DNA of 32,000 bases from Methanothermobacter sp. MT-2. Its GTDB lineage: Archaea; Methanobacteriota; Methanobacteria; Methanobacteriales; DSM-23052. Positions 1-8,363 of the stretch are shown here, piece by piece (within the stretch, counting starts at the first letter, position 1; each line of letters starts with the position of its first letter). The notes below the pieces were generated by a model. It was not told where the DNA came from and ran no database searches. It saw only the letters and a program-made list of their open reading frames with translations. The translations under genes were made by a program, and so were the position numbers. The stretch is taken from positions 760,603-792,602 of the forward strand of contig AP017647.1 in NCBI GenBank assembly GCA_003584625.1. Reading direction: 5' to 3'.

Positions 1-303
1 TCCATCAAGCCAGGTCCTTGAATGAGGGAGATTGTGTGAGTATAGAAAGACTGACCAGGATAAAGGAAAGGCTAAACATAGAAAGAAATTGTAGGGCTAC
101 TTTCCATGGCCGGGCTTTCAAGAGATTGTAGAATATGGTTGAATACAAATGCTTGGAGAATGGAATCCCAATAGTCTATGTTGAACCCTTATACTTCTCA
201 GAGATGTCCAAAATGCGGAACCATCGACAAGCGGAGCCAATCTTTTTTCAAATGTATTAGATACGGCTACCAAGGTGACGCTGATTATATCACCTCCTCT
301 TAA
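1..303 (+). pseudogene. tnpB: IS200/IS605-family TnpB (OrfB) 3' remnant, disrupted; N-terminus off window
   Basis: Frame 3 reads ..VSIERLTRIKERLNIERNCRATFHGRAFKRL*NMVEYKCLENGIPIVYVEP. Frame 1 continues NPYTSQRCPKCGTIDKRSQSFFKCIRYGYQGDADYITSS*. The order EYK..G-I-x-V..V.P.YTSQ.C..CG...C..DAD matches the TnpB RuvC/zinc-finger C-terminus. There is an in-frame TAG at 129-131 and a frameshift near 180-190. Confidence 0.6.
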
Positions 304-532
304 CCTTAATTAGATGCTGGGCAAGTTTGAATTCCTGTCAACCAGTCCCAGGAGGGATCTTATGCAAATACAAAATAGTCTGCAGCCCCCTCGATTAAGA
401 GGCGGGGTAGTTGACAATATCTTGAACTTTATAGTATCATGGCATTTTGACCATAACATTATGGTATTTTTACCATAATTTTCGCCATTGTAAATCGACA
501 ATATAAAGTGATTTAAGCATTCGAAAAAATCT

Positions 533-905
533 TTATTTTATTAGTTTTTCTTTTTTTCTTTGCCATGGAGGTGAGACTATGCAGAGGAATGAAAGAATTG
601 AATCTCCAATATTCTCAATATATTGCACTGCCCCTTGCTGGTATGAAAATAGCGTCGCCTGCTGCGACCTTCTTTGTTTCTTTTTCAATGTGCATCCTAG
701 CATCGCCCTCTAGAATATAATAAACTTCTACAGACTCTTTTAGATAATGTGGTAGTGAAGATTCCCCTGATTTGAGGATGGCATGGGCTAAGCTGAATTC
801 TATTCCTAAATCTTCTTTATGTGGGTGTAAAAGTTCACAGAGCAGGGTAGCATCTAACACTCTATTATACCTACAATCCTTGACACTTTTAACAATCAAA
901 AACAT
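533..905 (-). pseudogene. cupin-domain protein with an apparent 1-nt frameshift near the C-terminus
   Basis: ORF 615..1016 ends ..SLPHYLKESVEVYYILEGDARMHIEKETKKVAAGDAIFIPARGSAIY*. Shifting one base around 631-640 continues IPAGAVQYIENIGDSILSFLCIVSPPWQRKKEKLIK* (stop at 533-535), which completes a typical cupin barrel. ATG at 905 is preceded by GGAGG. Confidence 0.6.
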
Positions 906-946
906 CAAACCTCCATAAGATATTATGTGAAGAAAAATATAATGTT

Positions 947-1321
947 TTGTGGGAGGGTGTCTTTTTGTTAGATGATGAAATGCTTGTGTTCCATTATGCT
1001 GACCGGGCGAAAGCATTCATAATAGAAGTATTCAGACTATTTGAATACTATGAGGGATTGGAGGATTCAGAAGAGCTGGAAAAACTTATGTTAGAAATAT
1101 TCAAGGGATGTGAAAGGGAACTGACACTTGGAAAAACCGTCTGCTCCAATATAAACTGGGCACAAGATTACTTTGAAGATGCGTCAAAACTGGCCAGGGA
1201 ACTTATAAGGGATTTCAACAGAAAAGACCACGAAGGAGTAAAAGAAGACCTAAGAAACATATTGAATAAAATGACAACCTGCGCGGCCACAGCAGAAACA
1301 AGGAACATGAACAAAAATTAA
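947..1321 (+). CDS. hypothetical protein (acidic, helical); start uncertain
   Basis: 124-aa ORF with no motif I recognise. The 5' end overlaps the cupin upstream region, so an internal start (for example M12 at 980) is possible. Confidence 0.4.
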   Translation: MWEGVFLLDDEMLVFHYADRAKAFIIEVFRLFEYYEGLEDSEELEKLMLEIFKGCERELTLGKTVCSNINWAQDYFEDASKLARELIRDFNRKDHEGVKEDLRNILNKMTTCAATAETRNMNKN

Positions 1322-1757
1322 CTTAATAACACCCTACACAGGTTACATAAGATTTAAATTACATCTTAAAACATATAGTTCACAATCTACTATAAATATA
1401 CGGGTTTAAAAGATTAGAGGAACTTCCCAGATAAAATCTAAATATTCCAATCTAATTTCGAAATAAAGGATGTACTTTAGGATTGCAGAAAAATAAGAGA
1501 ATAATTGATACAATAAATAATCTAATATCAAATATCATCAAATGAAAAACTGGAAAACTTGGTTTACAAGCCAAACACGAAACTAATTAGGAAAATATAT
1601 TTAAGGAGTCACATGAATATAATGCTTCCTTTAAATGCTAAATTTTTAAGTCTGGGATAATTCCATCTAAAAAAATAAGAGTGGAGGATTCTTCGAACTA
1701 AATTTTTTCGAGCAGTTCTTCAATTTCCCATGAAATTATAAAAGTTCGGGGGTTCAT

Positions 1758-2073
1758 TTAAAGACACTGAAAGGCTATTTCATCATCGATTTTCTCATAA
1801 AAATGAACTAGGATATTTTTTGAAGGCTTTCATGGCTCTGAGTTTTTCACCTATCTCTTTGCTGATGATATTATCCTGCAGAAGGTTTTCGAATACGTCC
1901 TCATCTTCACTTAGAACTCCAAGTTTTAGATCGGAATAGGATTGAACGTATATCAGATATTCTAAATCTTTTATAGATCCCGTCTCTTACAATTTCAGAA
2001 TATTCTCTTCCATTAGTTTTGTGCCTTCTTTTATTTCCTTAAGCTTCGTCCTTATAATGGCTTGCCTTAACAT
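1758..2073 (-). pseudogene. HEPN (DUF86) toxin-like gene, degraded
   Basis: ATG at 2073 follows GGTGAGGTG. It reads MLRQAIIRTKLKEIKEGTKLMEENILKL*ETGS.. with an in-frame TAA at 1987-1989. After ..EKLRAMKAF, a frameshift in the T6/A6 run at 1816-1821 restores KNILVHFYEKIDDEIAFQCL*, which is the DUF86 (R/K)N-x3-H-x-Y motif. Confidence 0.6.
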
Positions 2074-2086
2074 CACCTCACCTTAT

Positions 2087-2340
2087 TCATATTGGTTTTT
2101 CTCCAATCATAGGATCTCTGTTTGAATGCCTCAAATTCATAGCCTCCCAAGCAATATCATGAAGGAATCTTTCATTCTCACAGTAGATTACCTTCCCCAC
2201 AAGCACTTCAACTCTGAACATGCAAAGATCTATATCAGAGCTACTATGCATTCTCTCATGTACTGCTAACCCCATAAAATACCCTATCAAAAACTTCTGG
2301 TTGCTTTTATCTTGTCAAGAGCCTTTTTTAACATGTTCAT
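2087..2340 (-). pseudogene. MNT-type nucleotidyltransferase antitoxin-like gene, degraded
   Basis: ORF 2087..2290 contains ..SSSDIDLCMF.., the nucleotidyltransferase SDIDL motif. The upstream piece MNMLKKALDKIKATRSF* (ATG at 2340) is in a different frame. The expected GS..ARGE motif has diverged to GLAVHERM. It sits immediately upstream of the HEPN remnant in the classic MNT-HEPN order. Confidence 0.5.
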
Positions 2341-2667
2341 AGGATCCCATGTATGACAAGCTTATCTAAACTTCTGCAAGAACACCGCCCCTTCCAAGAG
2401 GTAGAGGTATGAATTGCAAAGCTTAAATACTGCTTTCCACACTTCATGTAGCCCATGCCTTAACGAAAGGCATGATATGTGGGAGCCATGAATCCCTCAG
2501 AACTCCAAAATGAAGTCCGCCCGTAAGGGAAGGGTAGTTCACTGAATGGGATTTTTCCCCTATTTTAGGGTGGTTAATGTCAAAAAAATTGTTGGGGATA
2601 ATCCTGGAATAGGGATCACAACTATGGGTTGGTAGCCTCTAACCTTATCTGGCAAAGCAATTAAAGT

Positions 2668-2829
2668 CTATTTTTGGGTTTTGGCGTTGATAATGGCCAT
2701 TAAGAGAAATCCGAGTCCGACTCCGATTATTGCACCTATATCTGGCCTGTTAACTGCTAATCCTATACCCATGCATATTAGTATGCAACCTACAAAGGCT
2801 AAACTTCCATATTTTTTCTCTTCGCTCAT
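2668..2829 (-). CDS. small two-TM membrane protein (53 aa), below the ORF-track size cut-off
   Basis: Hand translation gives MSEEKKYGSLAFVGCILICMGIGLAVNRPDIGAIIGVGLGFLLMAIINAKTQK*. It has two hydrophobic segments and lies 38 nt downstream of the CPBP gene on the same strand. The RBS (AGGA) is weak. Confidence 0.4.
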   Translation of the reverse strand: MSEEKKYGSLAFVGCILICMGIGLAVNRPDIGAIIGVGLGFLLMAIINAKTQK

Positions 2830-2867
2830 TTTTTTTACGTCCTATTTGTTTTTATGACCCACACACA

Positions 2868-3671
2868 TTAGGCGGAATCCTCGATTTTTAAGCGCTTTTT
2901 TTGTGTGCGGGTCATTTTTTCAGGTCCCCATATTATTAGGATGATTATCACCACGATTATGTTTAGTATGAGTGAGTATAGTCCTCCTAGTTTGGTTGTG
3001 TTAAGTGGGAATATGAAGTGTGAAAGGTTGCCTGTTGTGTGGAGAAGAAGTACTGCTAGGATGCTTTTACCTGTATTGTTGTATACCCATGTAAATATTA
3101 TTGAAAAAAGGACTGTTCCCAGGATAAAGCCCCAGATCGGCACATTATAATACATTTCCTGTCTGGGCATGAAAAATAGAGGGAGATGCCATAATCCCCA
3201 TATTATCCCAATTATTATACTCGAAATGAGGGCATTGTAATATATTTGTAACCTGTCAAGGGCATATCCTCTCCAACCAAACTCTTCTTCCACCGGCCCG
3301 CCAAGGAAAAGAATATAGAAAAATGCCGGGATAATAACCCATGGCTGAGACAAAACAGCTATTTCAGGTGCTGGTTCGCCGCTGAGGATTGCTAAAAGGA
3401 GTGAGAAGCCTACGATAGCCGGCATCAGTAAAAATATTGGTATAAGCCAAACCTTCCCGAACCTAAAATCCAAACCCCTACCAAGCAACCTTTTTATCCC
3501 ATCTAAACCTTCACTCATATATGTAAGGATAAAAGCAGCTACTGTAGGGCCAAAAGGTGCAAGATACAATCTTAAATCCCATAGAACCTCAGGCAGCCAA
3601 AGCAGCCAAGACCAAGCAAAGGCCATGATAAAGAATAAACACAAATTTCTCTTTTCATTTCCATAGTTCAT
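2868..3671 (-). CDS. CPBP (CAAX/Abi) family intramembrane metalloprotease
   Basis: Polytopic membrane protein with the motifs EEEFGWRGY (EExxxR), WGLWHLP (FxxxH) and LLHTTGN. The likely start is the ATG at 3671 (MNYGNEKR), preceded by GGGGGGTGA. Confidence 0.85.
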   Translation of the reverse strand: MNYGNEKRNLCLFFIMAFAWSWLLWLPEVLWDLRLYLAPFGPTVAAFILTYMSEGLDGIKRLLGRGLDFRFGKVWLIPIFLLMPAIVGFSLLLAILSGEPAPEIAVLSQPWVIIPAFFYILFLGGPVEEEFGWRGYALDRLQIYYNALISSIIIGIIWGLWHLPLFFMPRQEMYYNVPIWGFILGTVLFSIIFTWVYNNTGKSILAVLLLHTTGNLSHFIFPLNTTKLGGLYSLILNIIVVIIILIIWGPEKMTRTQKKRLKIEDSA

Positions 3672-3719
3672 CTCAATCACCCCCCACCAATCTGCTCCCC
3701 CATTGGATTCTATATGTGA

Positions 3720-3752
3720 ATTACCCCCAGGTAAGCAATGGGGGTTTCTCTC
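3720..3752. repeat. G/C-run hairpin element, copy A (ATTACCCCCAG-loop-GGGGGTTTCTCTC)
   Basis: ACCCCC (3723-3728) can pair with GGGGGT (3740-3745). It shares an identical 11-mer, ATTACCCCCAG, and the GGGGGTyTCTC tail with 8113-8139. Confidence 0.5.
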
Positions 3753-4313
3753 TTTTCCTATTGACTTTTACTTCAAGGGGGGGACTTCACTTGGGGAAGT
3801 TCACAGCTCCCCCCACATCCTACAGCTTATTAGGTGTGGGCTGTGCTCTGCTGTCTCTTAAGGCAACTTGATGTGGAATATCACCCTTAAGGTTTCCTTA
3901 ACATTCAAAATATTTAAAGTTATCCAAATGTATCACCCCCCTCGAGTATGTGTGGGGGTTTGACAAGCAAACAGAAAGATAAAAACATTAAAGTGAAATG
4001 AGAGGGTATGAGTTTGCAAATCCAACATTTTTTTGTGAAGCATACAAATAACCAAAGAAAGGATCCTCCCAAGAAACCCCCATGGTAAAACATCCCAAAA
4101 ATTATATAAAATTTAGAAAGCTTCACCAACCTTTTTTTGGCTATTAACCTACAATAGAAAGGACACCCCACACATAAAAAACCTTTTTCCTATGGGGGCT
4201 GAATCCTCGAAAAATAAGGATAAGTTTTTACAAAAAGGTATATAATAGAATGTGTAGACATATTAGCTGTTAGAACCCCCCACACACACAGATATGATAT
4301 CGAGAGAATTTGT

Positions 4314-4811
4314 TTGGAGGAAAGCCCTTTGAAAATTGGAACATTAACAATATTGATAGTAGGCCTTTTAGCAGTAGTTGCAGCCGCATATCTGCTAACA
4401 AAGGAACCTGGCACACCCACATTGTCAAACACAACCCAGAAAACAGAATCCAATGTAACAAGCACAGGAGCCGCCAAACTCGTAGCAACCCAAGAAGGCC
4501 CTGAAACAGCACATCCAGGAACAAATGTGACAATAACTTGTGAAATAAAAAACGTGGGATCAGAACCGGCTGAGAATATTATTGTAACTTCTCAAGTTTT
4601 TGAAAAAAGGATAGAAAAAATAAACCCTGGAGAAAAAGTGAAATTTAATATTAGCGTGTACATTCCAACCCTAGAGGAAGTTAAGAAAGATTTCGGTCCA
4701 AACGCAACCCTTTCAAACCCATTCTACATTGGAGGATACACAGTGATATATCATGACATAAAAGGCGAACATCAAATAACATCCAACCCAATCAACATAA
4801 AACTCATCTAA
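4314..4811 (+). CDS. membrane-anchored extracellular protein with a CARDB/DUF11-like beta-sandwich domain
   Basis: N-terminal TM/signal anchor (KIGTLTILIVGLLAVVAAAYLL), then TITCEIKNVGSEPAENIIVTS, typical of CARDB-like domains. The track start is TTG at 4314. An alternative TTG at 4329 lies 8 nt after GGAGG (4316-4320). Confidence 0.6.
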   Translation: MEESPLKIGTLTILIVGLLAVVAAAYLLTKEPGTPTLSNTTQKTESNVTSTGAAKLVATQEGPETAHPGTNVTITCEIKNVGSEPAENIIVTSQVFEKRIEKINPGEKVKFNISVYIPTLEEVKKDFGPNATLSNPFYIGGYTVIYHDIKGEHQITSNPINIKLI

Positions 4812-4987
4812 AAAAAAAGAGGACCTTTAACAACCCCATCCACAACTACCAACAGGGAAACTTCCCAGCAACAAAATCCCAGCGCACCCCCCAACATAAA
4901 AAGAAAATAGTCAAATCTATGGCCTGAAAAATTCAAAACCTTCTTAAATAATAAAACATGCTTTCCCACAAAAAAATAAGAAGGTTT

Positions 4988-6172
4988 TTAATATCTCCTG
5001 GAAACACTGAAACCCACGATAATCGACAATACTGCGAACACCATTAAAACTAATGGAACTCCCGTTGGCTGCATTGGAACCTCCCATGGACTTGGTGGCT
5101 TAGGTGGTCTACCTCCTACTTCTATAGTAACAGAAGCCTTGTTATTACCCATATCAGGATCATATATATCACTTGTCACCGTAGCCACATTAGTAATATT
5201 CTTATTAGATGTTACGACCCTTGCTATGATACTAAGAGTTGCAATCGAACCCTTTGATAAGTTCCCAATAATCCAAACTCCAGATACCGGATCATAACTT
5301 GGACTGCTCGCACTCACAAACCGCAAGCCCGCCGGTAACAAATCAGTAACCCTAACATTCACTGCAGTATCAGGTCCAAAGTTTATAACCCCTATAATAA
5401 ACCTTACAGTATCCCCATATCTTACCTTCGTTGCATTCACAACCTTAATGATCGCAAGATCAGCCGCTGGAGGCACATTAAATGTAATATTAGCCCTAGT
5501 GTTATTCAAGTGAGGATCATAGATACTGCTTGACACATTAGCCATATTATCTATCGTCTCATTAGACCCAATAACCCTAGTTATGATCTCAAGCGTAGCC
5601 AAATCACCAACTGAAAGATATCCAACACTCCACAGACCAACAACCGGATCATAAGTTCCATGCGATGCTATGGCACTTAAAAATTCTAAACCACTAGGCA
5701 ACTCATCAGTCACCAACACACCTACAGCAGGATCCGGCCCAGCATTCCTAACCACTAAAGTAAACTTAACAATATCCCAATAATTGATACTCGTTTGGTT
5801 AGCAGCTTTAGTGATGGCAAGATCTGCTGCAGGAGGCACAAGTATCGTCACATTATCTCTATTGTTGCTCATGTCTGGATCGTATATGTCGCTTGAAACA
5901 TTCGCCACATTAGTTATGCTGGTGTTGCTTGCCACAACCTTGGCTATGATCTCCAAGGTTGCCACAGCACCCTTTGCTAACTCGCCAATGGTCCAAATAC
6001 CACTCGTACTATTATAATCTGTACTGTTTACACTCACAAATTGTAATCCGGCTGGTAACAAGTCAGTTACCCTAACATTCACTCCAGCATCCGGTCCATT
6101 GTTTGTAACAGTTAAAGTGAACTTGACAGTGTCCAGGTAATTGACAGTTGCAGCATTGGCTCCCTTCTCCAT
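4988..6172 (-). CDS. DUF11 (conserved repeat domain) surface protein with a C-terminal TM anchor; apparently 5'-truncated
   Basis: Three roughly 121-aa repeats (ADLAI[TI]K..NY.D.V.F....N.GPD.A..V.VTD.LP.GL.F.S......G.W..G.L..G..ATL.I...V......I.N.A.V.S..YDP...NN). The C-terminus is PKPPSPWEVPMQPTGVPLVLMVFAVLSIIVGFSVSRRY. There is no signal peptide, the ATG falls inside a repeat unit, and an in-frame TAG lies 3 codons upstream. Confidence 0.75.
   Translation of the reverse strand: MEKGANAATVNYLDTVKFTLTVTNNGPDAGVNVRVTDLLPAGLQFVSVNSTDYNSTSGIWTIGELAKGAVATLEIIAKVVASNTSITNVANVSSDIYDPDMSNNRDNVTILVPPAADLAITKAANQTSINYWDIVKFTLVVRNAGPDPAVGVLVTDELPSGLEFLSAIASHGTYDPVVGLWSVGYLSVGDLATLEIITRVIGSNETIDNMANVSSSIYDPHLNNTRANITFNVPPAADLAIIKVVNATKVRYGDTVRFIIGVINFGPDTAVNVRVTDLLPAGLRFVSASSPSYDPVSGVWIIGNLSKGSIATLSIIARVVTSNKNITNVATVTSDIYDPDMGNNKASVTIEVGGRPPKPPSPWEVPMQPTGVPLVLMVFAVLSIIVGFSVSRRY
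5113..6172 (-). repeat. intragenic tandem repeat, about 363-nt period, three units (DUF11 modules)
   Basis: ADLAITK starts at aa 116 (nt 5827) and ADLAIIK at aa 237 (nt 5464). Units 1 and 3 share exact strings (VNVRVTDLLPAGL, DIYDPDM) that unit 2 lacks. Confidence 0.8.
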
Positions 6173-6503
6173 AAAAAAAATCTATCTCCAACCTCTAAAG
6201 GAGGATCCCCTCTGCAAGCATTCAAGGCCCATACTATTAGATTTGAAGAGACATCATACACCTCACAGGGACATTCTAGACAAGCAAATAAGAACTATCT
6301 AAAATTCTAAGGGAGAGTTCTTTTCATGAACACAATTTACACAAGTTATTCAATTCTACTTTCATCATCCCCATCTAACAGCTCTTTTTCAACCCTTAGA
6401 TTCTTGACCTATAAGGTTCCCTGCTCTATCACCTTCCAGAAGAAAACTCAACAGAAAAAAATAAAATAGGGATAAGGTTTGTGCGCTGATCTCTTGTGAT
6501 TTC

Positions 6504-7010
6504 TTAGGATATTTTGAAAGTTTCTATTATTTTTTTGAATGTGGTCAGGTCACTGTTTTGACTCCAATAAAATATTTCGTATCCCTGACTTTCATCTATT
6601 CTTATATGTACTATGGTGACATAGTTGCCTCCAATGGTATATTGGAATAGCGCGGCATCATATCCATCTACTTTCATGCTTTCATCTGTTGACACGATCT
6701 CTGATTCGTTGTATGATGATCTCATTTCCTGGAGCCATTCACTTGGTGATCTCACATAACCAGCACCAGATGCTTTTAATTTCGCCACTGCAAATTCTTC
6801 AGTCTCATTCCCAAGATATGTTATAATACTTATTGAACCGAACTCTGATGTGGGAAGAGAAGCCTCCAAATCACTCGCAGATAAATTCTCCCAACCCTGG
6901 GGATAATTAAATGTTATACCATCCCCAGAAAACGTCTTTTCCTGTGTTCCCGTGCAACCAAATCCAAAAGCCACAATAGCTAATATAAAAATCGGCAAAA
7001 ACCTCTTCAC
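6504..7010 (-). CDS. predicted secreted lipoprotein, function unknown
   Basis: Signal peptide MKRFLPIFILAIVAFGFGC with a lipobox-like Cys, followed by a soluble domain (GITFNYPQGWENL..). Confidence 0.7.
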   Translation of the reverse strand: MKRFLPIFILAIVAFGFGCTGTQEKTFSGDGITFNYPQGWENLSASDLEASLPTSEFGSISIITYLGNETEEFAVAKLKASGAGYVRSPSEWLQEMRSSYNESEIVSTDESMKVDGYDAALFQYTIGGNYVTIVHIRIDESQGYEIFYWSQNSDLTTFKKIIETFKIS

Positions 7011-7394
7011 AAAAAAACCTCCATGATACTATACCAATATCTCTTATTCCAATAACATATAAAATTAATGAAAAAAACCACAACCAAAAAAATTGGATAA
7101 ACACAAAATGTGAATACAAACTGACAAGAACACCAAAAAAGTTACCCATTGTCCATCTGCTAAGACCCCCCACACTATCGAATACTATGAATCACAAAAG
7201 AAAATATAGAGTGTTTTTTTTTTCGCTAAGACCCCACCACCATTTGGGTTTGGGAAAACATTTTGTAAAAGCAGAGACCCAGAGAAACCACACAAAAAAA
7301 ATAAGGGTAGTGGCCGCGCAGCCAATGAAAAGATCATTGGGGATTGTCAAAAAGGGATCCTATTGGATGGGGGGGATTCATAACTGTGATGTGA

Positions 7395-7754
7395 TCAGCC
7401 TTTTTCTCGGTAGTATGGTTTGAGTGCTTCTGGAAGTTTTCTGCCAATATATAACCTTTTTAATTTTCCGTTCACTTGTTTGTATGCATAATAGTATGGG
7501 CCATGTGGGCATCGTTTGCAGTTGGGTTTTCCACAATTGACCTTTTCTTTCGTGATCGTTAAACCATCTATTTTCATGTTTTCTTTAATTCCAAGCCTCT
7601 TCCTCACCTTCACCGGGATCATACTCTTTTCCTCTTTTATTTCAGCTTGTAATTCCCCCATTCTCTTATTTATATAAACTAGGAAAAAAGAGAGAACTTT
7701 CAAATCCTTTTGCCTGTCTACTATATCCTTAAATGTTTTAGGGAGCCTATCCAT
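7395..7754 (-). CDS. small zinc-ribbon protein with a CGKxxCxxC-x-HGPYYY motif (DUF6788-like)
   Basis: Contains ..VNCGKPNCKRCPHGPYYYAYKQVNGKLKRLYIGRK... The likely start is M28 of the track ORF (ATG at 7754), about 25-30 nt downstream of a TATA-like ATTTATATATTATG, so the mRNA may be leaderless. Confidence 0.55.
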   Translation of the reverse strand: MDRLPKTFKDIVDRQKDLKVLSFFLVYINKRMGELQAEIKEEKSMIPVKVRKRLGIKENMKIDGLTITKEKVNCGKPNCKRCPHGPYYYAYKQVNGKLKRLYIGRKLPEALKPYYREKG

Positions 7755-8112
7755 CAACAAACATCTTAGATAAACATAATATATAAATCTTATATCCAAA
7801 CATTTTAGGCCTCCAATAGCCTGTTCACAGCCCAATGAACAATTACCAATATAACTAGATCACTTCACACCCTACATCTCTTGGATTCTCAATTCTACAA
7901 ACGCAAAAAAAAACCTCTTATGATAGGCCTCAAAGACATTAACCCACATCATTTTTAACCGCTACTAAGCTCACACAAGAAAGGGAATAGAACAGAAGGA
8001 TGGAGGATCAACCTTCATATCAGAGATATACATGTAACTTACAAGGCTGAGAGAGCTGGTAGGAGCAGAAATGACATGGAACCGCCCCCCAGAACACCCA
8101 TGAAAAGAACCA

Positions 8113-8139
8113 TTACCCCCAGATTGAAGGGGGTCTCTC
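8113..8139. repeat. G/C-run hairpin element, copy B (ATTACCCCCAG-loop-GGGGGTCTCTC)
   Basis: ACCCCC (8116-8121) can pair with GGGGGT (8129-8134). It carries the same 11-mer and tail as copy A at 3720-3752. Confidence 0.5.
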
Positions 8140-8363
8140 AATGAAGCAAGAAACCCATCCCATCCATCAAGTCGAGGTAATTCACACATACAAACCTTAA
8201 AAAAACGCCAAGAAGACATAAACCCACCAACACATCCCCCATACAACTCCCATAAACTAATTTTAACCTACGATCCCCCCCCAATAGAGCGAAAGTCTAA
8301 TGTACCCAATTAAACTACACCCCCCACACATCTCACACAAAGCCTCTAACAATTCTATCCTAA

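Noticed and set aside
310-501. Minus-strand 63-aa ORF downstream of the TnpB remnant.
   Set aside because: It has no motif and lies in the presumed IS right-end region. It is more likely non-coding.
3920-4533. Track ORFs 3920..4171, 4190..4477, 4270..4533 and 4310..4504 in the spacer upstream of the 4314 gene.
   Set aside because: They are mutually overlapping with no motifs and odd composition. 4310..4504 and 4270..4533 overlap the better-supported 4314..4811 CDS. 3920..4171 merely spans two copies of the C-run motif.
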